Positions 18,450 through 28,210 of a stretch of 64,000 bases of DNA are shown piece by piece. The notes under the pieces were generated by a model that did no database searches, was not told where the DNA came from, and was given only the letters and a program-made list of their open reading frames with translations. Each line of letters starts with the position of its first letter. The stretch's first letter is position 1. The stretch lies in sequence record MW741821.1; one strand, written 5' to 3'. The position numbers and the translations under genes were made by a program. The DNA is from Escherichia phage vB_EcoP_DE5.

Positions 18450-18893
18450 TCATTTTACCCTCGCCTCTTTGATGGGGTCGATGTATTTCTCAACGCCCCA
18501 CTTGTGTTTACTATCTGCGTAGAAAACATCAGGTGCACATTGGCTTGTTTTAGGGAAGGCTTGCGGGTCTTTCGTGCTCCCCTTAAACTTCTGTTTACCT
18601 CGAGTGCGACCATTACAGAAGATTTCTAACTTCTTCTCCTCTTCTGTTTTAGCTCCCCCGCTCTGTAACAAAGAACGTTTATGATCAGCTAACAACAACG
18701 CATCAGCCCGATGGACACGATGGCCTACACGTTTTGCCACACTGGAAGGAACATGGGATTCAGCCTCAGCCTTTGCAGCACGACGTTTTAAACTACGCTT
18801 ACTAACGTGATTAGTTGCCTTCGGTTTCTCTTTCTCCAGTTCAGAGATAGAAAAACAACGCCCGCCCTTCATGCTGATTTTTGATTTAGCCAC
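18450..18893 (-). CDS. hypothetical basic protein (147 aa)
   Basis: Lys/Arg-rich ORF. Confidence 0.4.
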   Translation of the reverse strand: MAKSKISMKGGRCFSISELEKEKPKATNHVSKRSLKRRAAKAEAESHVPSSVAKRVGHRVHRADALLLADHKRSLLQSGGAKTEEEKKLEIFCNGRTRGKQKFKGSTKDPQAFPKTSQCAPDVFYADSKHKWGVEKYIDPIKEARVK

Positions 18894-19168
18894 AATCTTA
18901 TTCCTTTCAGTGATAAGTTATATCGGGCAAGCCCATCAAGTCGATAGGCTTGAACAAATAACTTAATCAAGTAAACTAAATGACTTCCAACTGCGTAGCA
19001 GGATTGTACCATCATCCATAACTACACTTAATTGCAATAGTTTTTTGTTGCAACTACTCACCGTTGTAATTCGTCCGGTTGTACTTTTACCTTTATTGCT
19101 GTAAAGATATACAACACGACGGCCTAACAAGCGGGAAGGTGCTTTCTTAAATGCTGAAATGTTAGTGA

Positions 19169-19393
19169 TCATAATGCTTGATACCTTTGAATGTGTTCAA
19201 TACGGGTGGATTGAGCAAATGACGCTTTAACAGCCATTTTCCTAACTTCTTCTTTACGCTGGTTAGTGTGTACAGTATCCCAATGATTGTTATCACGTTG
19301 GCGCTGTAATATCTTACTACATTTGCGATGGTTTCCCGTGCTGCGATGTTTCTCACAAATAGGACACTTGCCAAAATTACTACTGAATATCAT
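19169..19393 (-). CDS. small zinc-binding-like protein (74 aa)
   Basis: CPICEKH...HRKC motif. Confidence 0.35.
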   Translation of the reverse strand: MIFSSNFGKCPICEKHRSTGNHRKCSKILQRQRDNNHWDTVHTNQRKEEVRKMAVKASFAQSTRIEHIQRYQAL

Positions 19394-19617
19394 TTTCTCA
19401 ATCCCAGCTTTCTTAAGATACGGCCTAACGTTGTTTCTTGCGTGATAATATAGCTGATCGCTTCACGTTCCAATGTTTCAATCTTCATTGGCGACGGATA
19501 CCATTCACCGGTAATAACACATTTACATTCAACGCCATACTTTTTAGATAGGCGGTAATGTTGACCGTTGACAAGATTTCTATAAATCGTGGTATGTGTA
19601 ATTAACATGATCGTCAC
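19390..19617 (-). CDS. hypothetical protein (75 aa)
   Basis: ORF with 4-nt overlap to downstream ORF. Confidence 0.4.
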   Translation of the reverse strand: MTIMLITHTTIYRNLVNGQHYRLSKKYGVECKCVITGEWYPSPMKIETLEREAISYIITQETTLGRILRKLGLRK

Positions 19618-19661
19618 CTTTGATTAGATTCTTTGATTAATGCACTGAATCAATGCACTGA

Positions 19662-19697
19662 TAAAAGAAAAGGCGCTACCCGTTAAGATAGCGCCTT
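19662..19697 (-). terminator. putative intrinsic terminator after 19720-20628 gene
   Basis: 9-bp stem AAGGCGCTA/TAGCGCCTT with 10-nt loop, followed on minus strand by UUUUCUUUU. Confidence 0.55.
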
Positions 19698-19719
19698 ATG
19701 TTTATTCAAATTGTCTTAC

Positions 19720-20628
19720 TTATGCCGCCTGACGTGCCGCCATAATTTCAGCCGCTTTACGCAACACTTCTTCCTCTTCTGCTTTCGCCGCTTGTTCGGT
19801 ACGGGTAGCAACCGTTGAAGAGATACGACCGCGCAGACTTTCTAACTTCTCCTGCATAGCTGCAACAGTCTTTTCCATTTCATCAGCGTATGAATCGAGT
19901 GATTCTAATTCCTTGCTTGATGCGTTCATCAGATAATCATCCGAGATCGCTACCGTTGAGGCCGTGACTTTCTTGATGAGTGAATCAAAGGACTTTTTAA
20001 CCTTCCCAACTTCTTCACTCAGGGCGATAGTGTTATCGCTAGTTGCGCCGTTGCGCTCATCAGCCAGTAATTTGGCTTCAATACGGATTGCATTCAAGCG
20101 TTCAACTAAAGCGTAAATATCCTGATTAAAATCTTCCTTGTTTTTCGCCGGAATTTGCAGGTGTGCCGCCACGTTGTCATTACAACCCTTGTAAAAGTTA
20201 GGGTTATCAACTTCAATTTCACGGCCTAAAGCAAAGTTTTCGAAAGCGTTTGACCAGCGAGCGCGGTTTTGTTCCATTTTGGCCTTAATTTGTGCTTCTT
20301 TCGCGTCTTCTTTAGCTTTCGCCTCACCTTCCAGATTAATCCACTTTTTACGACCATTTGCCGCATCGGTGTTAAACTTGATAGGAGTTAAGAAAGTAAT
20401 TGCAGTGGCAATCACATCCATATCACGAAAACGTTCAGTTAACAAGAAGTCAACCGCCGTCTGCAATACGTCCAGCTTTTTACCGTTACTGCGGAAGTGC
20501 TGCAAGTGCCCTAACAGGAAGTTAGAAACATCTTGTTTGATCGCCGCGTTATTGCTACGAATGTTGTTAGCCAGTGCGTTAAAACCAGATTCTTTTACCA
20601 GATTAAAGATTTTAGCCATGATATTCAC
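19720..20628 (-). CDS. hypothetical protein (302 aa)
   Basis: First long ORF of the leftward transcription unit; Ala/Lys/Glu-rich C-terminal region. Confidence 0.5.
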   Translation of the reverse strand: MNIMAKIFNLVKESGFNALANNIRSNNAAIKQDVSNFLLGHLQHFRSNGKKLDVLQTAVDFLLTERFRDMDVIATAITFLTPIKFNTDAANGRKKWINLEGEAKAKEDAKEAQIKAKMEQNRARWSNAFENFALGREIEVDNPNFYKGCNDNVAAHLQIPAKNKEDFNQDIYALVERLNAIRIEAKLLADERNGATSDNTIALSEEVGKVKKSFDSLIKKVTASTVAISDDYLMNASSKELESLDSYADEMEKTVAAMQEKLESLRGRISSTVATRTEQAAKAEEEEVLRKAAEIMAARQAA

Positions 20629-21442
20629 CTTTCAATTGTAAGGGCGCTATTGCCCCGCTCTCTATGAGCTTGTTTAAGTCACTATTAACTTAACTATAAC
20701 CGCTAACTATTCAGTAGTTATAGGTAAGTGGGGCGGTCTTATCAGGAGTTAACCTTGCCGCCCCCTTATCCGTGATGTTTCATCTGGTATCTTTAATTAG
20801 TCGCTATAAACGAAGCCGACCTGATAGCGATGATCAATCATCACAATAAGGCAGTGCGTCCGACTCTAATTAGTTACGTTATTGTAACCGTCGGCAATAT
20901 CGTTTACTTTGCTTTCGCTCTCGCCTATCCTTTTATATCAACTCTCAATCGCTAGTCATCGCCCACTACGGGATACTATTGCGAAAGAGTCATTGACCGT
21001 CTAATGTTCCGACGTTTTATATCTTTCGGCAAGTTTACTACATAAACCGACTATGTACTTTCATCATAAGATGAATCTCAAGCCGTTCACATCGTAAACG
21101 TTCACACTAAACCTTATTGTTAAATAGCAATTTGCCACTTTTTAACCACTCCCCGCCGCTCTCAATTGAGCGTTAATTCGTCGGGATTGCCTACCCTGAT
21201 TAACTTCTTTCACCGTAGCACCATGTTAGCGATGACCGCCGCTACCCTTAACCGTGGGCGATTAGCTTAAGCCTTTGCGTGTACTCGATGAATCTGTTTA
21301 TCAGTGGTGACGTTTCCAGTAAGGGAATGTAAAACTGTTTACCCTGATAATTTAGGGAGTTTTACGCCGTTTTATCTGGTATGTTATCCGATGGTTATTA
21401 TCATCTAACATATTCAACCGATATAGGAGAATGTTTAAATTA

Positions 21443-22057
21443 TTAAAGAGCGGTAAATCTATCAGTGTGCTTTCTCACACTATGCAACTGTTAGCCGTTG
21501 TTACGCTTTTCACTGAAGCGATGATTTGCTTAGTGAGTGCTCATTATGAATCATGTTGTTTTCGCTGTCAACCGCTTTTTAATCTTTTTTCGTCGTTCCC
21601 GCTATTGGGAGGATATATCAATCAGCTTTATTTGATTGAAGATTAAGCGGTGAGGCTTAACTTATGACTCATATTGTTAAAGAGCGTTTAGCCTTTTAAA
21701 GTGTCTGCTAATCACTGTCACATTGAAGGCTTACTGATTCATTAACAGGCCGCCTACACCTGAACTAATCGCTGCACTATGTGCCACCTTTCCCGCGATA
21801 CGTTGATTTGGGAACTAGTTAGCGATGTTTTGCTAACTTGTGGTTAGTATGGACTACTTTAACCACGTTTGCAACTCTTTTTATCATCTTCTTTTAATTC
21901 CTTTCCCTTATCTCGCGTGAATCTATGCGAAAGGGCAAGATGATAAGTTTTTAAAGAGCGGGATTTTTTAAGTCATCGCTGACTATGCTCACTATATATC
22001 AGGCTTTTTCTGGTGTCAATACTCTTTTTAAGTATTTTCACTTTCTAGCCTGATTTT
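21443..22057. repeat. dispersed direct repeats of TTAAAGAGCG(G), four copies
   Basis: Copies at 21443, 21677, 21951, 22047; inverted partial copy (GAGAGCGGGG) at 20653-20662. Confidence 0.6.
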
Positions 22058-22404
22058 TAAAGAGCGGGGCAAGTTTCCTTGCCTTGTATGTTTTTCATCG
22101 TACCCGATGAATTGAAGTATACGCCAACCAATGTGTAATGCAATAGGGTAAAGCAAATTATTTTAAACTTTTTCATAGTGGGATAGGTAAAAGAACGCGC
22201 ACGCGTGATACATCATAGAAAATAGCTTGTAAAGCATTATTTAACGGCCTGTAACGCATCACAACGAGCTAAAGGAGGGTAAGGAATACAATCACCTTAG
22301 AAATGAGAAAAGCCTCACTAGGAGGCTTACAGGAAGGATTTAAAGCAACAGATACAGTAGGACCATAGGCATGACTACGGCACAATATAGGAGAAAGATT
22401 AAGC

Positions 22405-22782
22405 CTATGGATTTACACATTGACCTAAACCGGACTCAATTTCATTCATGGACTCATCAAAGAGCGTCAACGATGAGCGCATCAAGTGATCTATCGTGAT
22501 TTGTTTACCGGTAGTTTCATTTACCAGCAGAATAGCTTTGTTATCTGATTGCACATGATCAAAATCATTTACATGCAAAATAATAACTTTAGGTGACTGT
22601 TTACCAGTTTCATAGTTTTCTATCAAATAGGTGCACTGTAAACTGTCAACCGTAGCAGGGGAGAACATTGCAGCCTTAACACTACCCATAGACGATAGGA
22701 GAACGCCCAGCAGGAGAACGACAAGGAAGAAGCCCACGAATACTTTTACTACAAATTTGATAATACCCATGATAATAATCAC
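22405..22782 (-). CDS. predicted membrane protein (125 aa)
   Basis: Long hydrophobic N-terminal segment (FVVKVFVGFFLVVLLLGVLL). Confidence 0.45.
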   Translation of the reverse strand: MIIIMGIIKFVVKVFVGFFLVVLLLGVLLSSMGSVKAAMFSPATVDSLQCTYLIENYETGKQSPKVIILHVNDFDHVQSDNKAILLVNETTGKQITIDHLMRSSLTLFDESMNEIESGLGQCVNP

Positions 22783-22867
22783 CTATAGTTAGAGAATATA
22801 AGAATAAAGCATATCAGCGACGAATAACGCCACTGTAACGACGAACAAGCAACGCCAAAAATAATCA

Positions 22868-23143
22868 CTATTCATCGTTGCTATTCTCGCCAAAAAATGC
22901 TACGCTAATCTGTTCCACTTCTTCCAGCGACAGGAGAATCCCGCGTTGGGCTAAATACTTCCCAACAGTTAGATAATCTTGCACTAAACAGACAATAGGA
23001 AAGCGTATATTTTGAATCTCACCTTTGGAAAGAAAAGACAAATATCCAACGTCGATTGATTCATCAAAGGACAATGTAACGCCACCGTAATTATGCGTAT
23101 CAATTAACGCAATAGTTTCATTTCCCATTGGTATCATCCCCAA
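22868..23143 (-). CDS. hypothetical protein (91 aa)
   Basis: ORF in minus-strand cluster. Confidence 0.35.
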   Translation of the reverse strand: MGMIPMGNETIALIDTHNYGGVTLSFDESIDVGYLSFLSKGEIQNIRFPIVCLVQDYLTVGKYLAQRGILLSLEEVEQISVAFFGENSNDE

Positions 23144-23384
23144 TCAGACCATGATTAAGCAGGTTAGCCAGCGACAAATCACCGTCAATATAGATTGATC
23201 TGAAATCATCGCGGGTAATTTCGAAATCAGCAAAGGCTAGCCAGTCTTTAAGAGGCTGATATTCCATCCTGCAAAAAGTGATAACAGGCAAGATTATCTG
23301 ACCATCAAGTGTATTAAACATGATAGAGCTTCCACCAACAAAACAAGAAAAACCGTTAGATAATTTAACTTCTTTAATAGCCAT
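23118..23384 (-). CDS. hypothetical protein (88 aa)
   Basis: ORF in minus-strand cluster. Confidence 0.35.
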   Translation of the reverse strand: MAIKEVKLSNGFSCFVGGSSIMFNTLDGQIILPVITFCRMEYQPLKDWLAFADFEITRDDFRSIYIDGDLSLANLLNHGLIGDDTNGK

Positions 23385-23410
23385 TTTTTACACTCCCAAA
23401 AATAGATTAT

Positions 23411-23902
23411 TTACTTACTAGCCTTAATACAGTTGGCTAAATTAACGTGAACAGTATAAACAGCATTATCAGCATTATTGTAAACAGTGGTGGCGATCAT
23501 CGACTCATTAACTGGGCCATAACTCACTAGATTGGTTACAGCTTTAACATCTTCGTAACGTTGTACAGTGCCATAAGTCACCATATCCGCATCGTTATCA
23601 GTACGCTTGAGAACTAGATCACTGTTAGGCTGATTATCTAACGTTTTAGATTGAAAGAGAACGCCATCATTAGTAACGTTGCTAAATTTCATCTTTAGCA
23701 CGGTATTATTGCCGTCACTATCCGCACCGTTGCAAATCATCCAACCCTTATTGATGGAACTAGAGAAGACACTAGCCGCATCAGTTGCAGGAGCAGGACT
23801 AGCGATAGCCTTATCAGAAAGAGATGTGACCAGTGCACTAACACCGATAGCTGCAACCAGTGCATAACTTGCCAGATTAACTACCTGCATTGCTTTAGCC
23901 AT
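23411..23902 (-). CDS. predicted secreted protein (163 aa)
   Basis: Signal-peptide-like N-terminus (LASYALVAAIGVSALVTSLS...AIA), Asn/Thr-rich mature part. Confidence 0.5.
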   Translation of the reverse strand: MAKAMQVVNLASYALVAAIGVSALVTSLSDKAIASPAPATDAASVFSSSINKGWMICNGADSDGNNTVLKMKFSNVTNDGVLFQSKTLDNQPNSDLVLKRTDNDADMVTYGTVQRYEDVKAVTNLVSYGPVNESMIATTVYNNADNAVYTVHVNLANCIKASK

Positions 23903-24100
23903 TTCGTTATTCCTTAGATAGATTCAATCAACTGTCATCAACTATATAATAAAGGAAAAGGCTGTCAACCATCTATTTTCTAACTTTCTTGCATCCTCCT
24001 GAAAACTAAAGGAATTTAATTTGCTAAACTTTCCATACTCAGAGAATCAGCTTACTTCTTATTGTTACTTTATAACACTACGGGTAACAGACCAACAGAC

Positions 24101-24507
24101 CAGGACAAACGGGGATACAACAACCGCAGGACAGACCACGGGGAAACATAGCAAGATAGTGCGGTAATAATATACCACTTAAATAATCATCAACTCATAA
24201 AAGAAAAGACCATTCGCTACGCTCATAAAGGCACGCTGAAAAAGAAAAGATTAAAAGAAATACAATCATCCACTTAATTAATACATACATCATTATTGCA
24301 CTCATAATCATTACTATTGAAACTATTTACATTCAAACTATGGGGGATGTGGGCTATTACTTATGGGTATTATTAGCCTCTTATGGTAGTGCCTGTACAG
24401 TGCTAGCCTTTCTCTCACTCTCTAAAGGGGAACTAAATAAACGGGTAGCTAATGAATAGGATGGTATACACGGGGAAAGAATAACGGGGAGTAGGCACGG
24501 GGAAACG
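24101..24507. repeat. dispersed repeats ACGGGGA(A/T)A (about 5 copies) and ACAGACCA (3 copies)
   Basis: CACGGGGAAA at 24137, 24469, 24496; related copies at 24105 and 24484; ACAGACCA tandem at about 24087-24102 and again near 24131. Confidence 0.55.
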
Positions 24508-24903
24508 CTGGAACGTGGAAGGAGGTGTAAAGGCATTGCCAATAACCCTTTTTTAAATGAGGACTCCCCCCTTTTAGGAAACGCGCGGGAAGCGCCTAGC
24601 CCCACTCGGTCAAATCAGAATTTTAAACTCTTATATATAAGGTTAAGTATGAATCTAATTAAAGTATTTAGACGGATGAAGTGTAAGCACAATTACTATC
24701 TTCTTCGTAAAGCTTACGGGGATGAAAGAATACATGGTCTCTACCTATCAACATGGAAGTGTAAGGAATGTGGTAAGTTGAGATTCAGTACATGGGTTGA
24801 CAGACCAGTCAGTAGGCCTTAATGGAAATAATCTTTTGGTTAGTAATAGTCTTCTGTTTATTCATCTGCTTCTCTATAGCAAGATGTATCAAGTATGACT
24901 AAT

Positions 24904-25009
24904 GACATGGCCTTTATGAAGTCCCCTTTATGACATGCCCTTTACTTCAGCGTACACGGGTTGTTGGTATGAGGTGGCCTTTACGGGTTGGATATGACTA
25001 GCCCTTTAT
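24904..25009. repeat. array of 14-bp repeats TGAC(A/T)NG(G/C)CCTTTA (3 tandem + 2 spaced)
   Basis: Units at 24904, 24917, 24931 contiguous; further copies ending 24983 and at 24996-25009. Confidence 0.6.
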
Positions 25010-25129
25010 ACTTTTATTCAGAGGATAGAATATGAGGTTTTTAAAAGAACTACACTCCTTGATTTATAAGGACATAGTGTACTCAGTATCCCGCAATGCA
25101 TGGTTCTACCAAAAAGGTGGCAACGGTGA

Positions 25130-25420
25130 ATGGGTAGATTGAATCTTATTCAGAGGAGAAGGATTATGAATTTAATATTAGACTTTTTATCAGAGATGGT
25201 GCCTCGGTTTAGAACGGAGACATACGCTTTCGTAATCAACAGTGACTCTGAAGATGGGATGGAAGCTACGTGCCTAGGGCGTCTTGTTGATTTAGATGAT
25301 GAAACAGATTTCGATATTACAATTGATGTGAGTAGCTTAGGTTGGCTCTTCTTCAGAGCATTCCGCACTTACAAAGTAGAAACATATAAAGATTACAGCA
25401 AGGGAGAGACAGATGAATAA
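25130..25420 (+). CDS. hypothetical protein (96 aa)
   Basis: First sizeable plus-strand ORF of late region. Confidence 0.4.
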   Translation: MGRLNLIQRRRIMNLILDFLSEMVPRFRTETYAFVINSDSEDGMEATCLGRLVDLDDETDFDITIDVSSLGWLFFRAFRTYKVETYKDYSKGETDE

Positions 25421-25982
25421 TTTAATCAAAGCGATGGACCTTAACGAGTATAATTCACAGCTGTGTCGCTCTGGCTGTAGTTTACAGCATTTAGAAACTA
25501 TGGGAAACATCTCAGGACTAGCTGTACAAGATTTGTATAGTGGAAGTATTCTTAAACCAAATATTACGGAGAACAAAAACATGTTAGATTTGATTCATAC
25601 TACTCGCCCTGATTCTAAAACTAAAACACAACCATCTACTCTGGAAGTAGTTGAATATGAATCTACTAAACATGATCACCTCCCTGACTATGCTCGTGCA
25701 ATGATTGAGATGATCGAAGAAGCTGAATATGAAATGCTCCATGATTACATTACCTCCAAAGATGAATGGCATCGTGATGTTCGCATCGAAGAGGATGGTA
25801 CAGAAACAATTACGTGGATTCACAAGAGTGAGTTAGTAGACGACGCACTGCGAGACTACGAAAAATTTTTGGTCGATGGCTCTATTCTTTTAGAGGAAGA
25901 GAAGGGTGTAGAACTTCCGTGGGAGGGTGAGATAGTTACTTTAGGTAAGATGTTTAACCTGTCCGTCAGTAATTGTAAGTAA
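25413..25982 (+). CDS. hypothetical protein (189 aa)
   Basis: ORF followed by hairpin terminator. Confidence 0.45.
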   Translation: MNNLIKAMDLNEYNSQLCRSGCSLQHLETMGNISGLAVQDLYSGSILKPNITENKNMLDLIHTTRPDSKTKTQPSTLEVVEYESTKHDHLPDYARAMIEMIEEAEYEMLHDYITSKDEWHRDVRIEEDGTETITWIHKSELVDDALRDYEKFLVDGSILLEEEKGVELPWEGEIVTLGKMFNLSVSNCK

Positions 25983-25987
25983 TGTTT

Positions 25988-26008
25988 GCCTCCCTTGGGA
26001 GGCTTTTT
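25988..26008 (+). terminator. putative intrinsic terminator
   Basis: GCCTCCC-TT-GGGAGGC hairpin followed by TTTTT. Confidence 0.6.
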
Positions 26009-26038
26009 GTGTTGTTGATAATGTAGAAGGAGTATAAA

Positions 26039-26512
26039 ATGTTTGGAGAAAACGGAGAACTCACGCCTGCACAGGTAGCTGAGATTACAGGAAGATTACC
26101 CGGAGTAACGGAAGAACTTGAAGGCCGTGGTATGAACCCAAGCAATGGGAAGTTTCAAAAGGGAAATAAATTCGGACGACCCAAAGGTAGTAGAGGTAAA
26201 CTGACACAATTAATGTTGGACCGTGTTGCTGCAAGTCATTTGTCTCCTGATGAAGTGTTAATTCAAATTTACGAAGATCCTAATATTCCACCTGATCTTA
26301 GATTCAAGGCTGCATCAAAAGTTGCAGATCTGGTATATCCTAAGGCGGCCTCTGTTGAAGTTAAGATTGAGGAAGAGAATGTAATCAACGAAGAATCATT
26401 GAATGCACAAATCAAGGACTTCTTGACTGGAGCACTTGGTATCGATGTTATGCCTCCAGAAGAAGACAACTCTGAGGACGCTGAAAAGGGGGAGGAAGCG
26501 GACGAGAGTTAA
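26039..26512 (+). CDS. putative small terminase subunit
   Basis: Position immediately upstream of TerL; basic N-terminal region and acidic C-terminus; positional inference. Confidence 0.4.
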   Translation: MFGENGELTPAQVAEITGRLPGVTEELEGRGMNPSNGKFQKGNKFGRPKGSRGKLTQLMLDRVAASHLSPDEVLIQIYEDPNIPPDLRFKAASKVADLVYPKAASVEVKIEEENVINEESLNAQIKDFLTGALGIDVMPPEEDNSEDAEKGEEADES

Positions 26513-26607
26513 TTAAAGGAAGACAGGATAGCGTATTCTGTAAGATGAGAGGGGGAGGTTCTTTGACGAAGGGACTTTCCCTTTTCTATTTTTAAACTGG
26601 AGGAAGT

Positions 26608-28149
26608 ATGTCATTAGATAAACAAATTTATGAAGCTCTAACTGGTAACAACCTTAGTGTAGACGAAAAGAAAGCACTATTGAATATGTTGAAAGAGCGT
26701 GACCAATGGAGGAAGTATAATAGGATTTTGTCTTTCAAGGCGTATGACTTCCAAAAGAAATTTTATGCAGCAGGATTGAAGCATCGCTTTAGGTTCTTGT
26801 GTGCAGCGAACCGTGTTGGTAAATCTTATAGCGAGGCATACGAGTTTGCTTGTCATGTCACAGGTCGCTACCCAACTTGGTGGACAGGATATAAATTTAA
26901 AAGACCTATCTTAGCATGGGCAGTTGGTATTACAGGGGATTCCACAAGGAAGGTATTGCAAAAGGAATTGTTTGGTACACCTATCGGAAAGGATACAAAT
27001 TTATTAGGGACAGGTGTCATTCCTCGTGATGCTATCGTCATTGATACGATAGAACGAGATGGTAACAAACTTCAAATCGTACAAATCAAACATCAAAATG
27101 AGAGAGGAGAGTTTGACGGTTTAAGTACATTAGAATTCCGTTCAACCCAACAGGGTGAACACACATTGATGGGTGCAACAGTTGACTACATTTGGTTAGA
27201 CGAAGAAGATCCATACGAGTCTATGGCTATATTCGCACAGTGCGTCACACGTACACTCACAACTAAAGGTCTAGTTACAATTACAGCTACACCAGAGAAC
27301 GGTTTAACTGAACTGGTAGATAAATTTATGAAAGGTGAAGGAGATGAGAGCACAGGTTCTCTATATTTCCAGAATGCCTCTTGGTGGGATGCTCATGCAG
27401 ACCTAGGTGGACATATCACTGACCAAGATATAAAAGATATGACTGAAGGTATTCCAGCGTGGCAGTTAGAGATGCGTTCGAAAGGTATGCCATTGTTAGG
27501 AAGTGGTTTGATTTATGATGTATCGGATGACACAATTAAATGTGAACCATTCGAAATTCCTGATACGTGGAAACGTGTCTGTGCAATTGATATTGGTATT
27601 GATCACCCAACTGCTGCTGTTTGGACAGCTTACGATGCAAACACGGATACTATCTATGTTTACGACTCATATAAAGAAGGTGGCTTTACTCCAGTGTATC
27701 ATGCTCCAGCTATTAATGGTCGTGGTCAGTGGATTCCTGTCATCCTACCGCACGATGCGGACAATATTGAGAAAGGTAGCGGTTCATCTGTTGCTCAATT
27801 CTATAAGAATGCAGGAGTTAACGTACAGAGTGAGACCTTCTACAACAAAATTGGAATGGATGGTAAAAAGAACTTCTTTGTAGAACCGGGAATCACAGAT
27901 ATCCGAGAAAGAATGATGAGTGGACGCTTTAAAGTCTTTAACACAGCCGCTAACGCTAAGCTATTCGAAGAGAAAGCTAGATATCACCGTAAGGTTGGTA
28001 AGATTATTAAAGAACATGATGACTTAATGGATGCAATGCGCTATTCAGCGTGCTCTGTTACACATCGTGGTCGCTCTAAGCATGACGTTAGCTACGGAAG
28101 TGCTTCTTTGTATGAGGCAAACGTAAGCAGATGGAATCAGAGTTACTAA
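26608..28149 (+). CDS. terminase large subunit
   Basis: Walker A-like CAANRVGKS, Walker B-like YIWLDEED, C-terminal nuclease-like region; position before portal. Confidence 0.8.
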   Translation: MSLDKQIYEALTGNNLSVDEKKALLNMLKERDQWRKYNRILSFKAYDFQKKFYAAGLKHRFRFLCAANRVGKSYSEAYEFACHVTGRYPTWWTGYKFKRPILAWAVGITGDSTRKVLQKELFGTPIGKDTNLLGTGVIPRDAIVIDTIERDGNKLQIVQIKHQNERGEFDGLSTLEFRSTQQGEHTLMGATVDYIWLDEEDPYESMAIFAQCVTRTLTTKGLVTITATPENGLTELVDKFMKGEGDESTGSLYFQNASWWDAHADLGGHITDQDIKDMTEGIPAWQLEMRSKGMPLLGSGLIYDVSDDTIKCEPFEIPDTWKRVCAIDIGIDHPTAAVWTAYDANTDTIYVYDSYKEGGFTPVYHAPAINGRGQWIPVILPHDADNIEKGSGSSVAQFYKNAGVNVQSETFYNKIGMDGKKNFFVEPGITDIRERMMSGRFKVFNTAANAKLFEEKARYHRKVGKIIKEHDDLMDAMRYSACSVTHRGRSKHDVSYGSASLYEANVSRWNQSY

Positions 28150-28154
28150 AGTAA

Positions 28155-28184
28155 GGGGGAGGTTTGTCCTCCCTTCTTTTATTT
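28155..28184 (+). terminator. putative intrinsic terminator/attenuator after TerL
   Basis: GGGGGAGG-TTTGT-CCTCCC hairpin followed by T-rich run. Confidence 0.5.
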
Positions 28185-28210
28185 AAGCTATCAACCGAGG
28201 GAGAGAATAG

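Noticed and set aside
21431-21646. 71-aa plus-strand ORF with RBS inside the gene-poor region
   Set aside because: Isolated on the strand opposite to both flanking operons and overlapping the TTAAAGAGCG repeat; more likely part of a regulatory or repeat region than a gene. Not excluded.
24381-24605. 74-aa minus-strand ORF in the repeat-rich divergent region
   Set aside because: Pro/Ser/Leu-rich low-complexity translation spanning the ACGGGGAAA repeats; more likely non-coding.
26019-26027. TAATGTAGA (one mismatch to TAATGTATA) upstream of the putative TerS gene
   Set aside because: Only 12 nt from the start codon and overlapping the RBS, so it cannot serve as a -10-type element for this gene.
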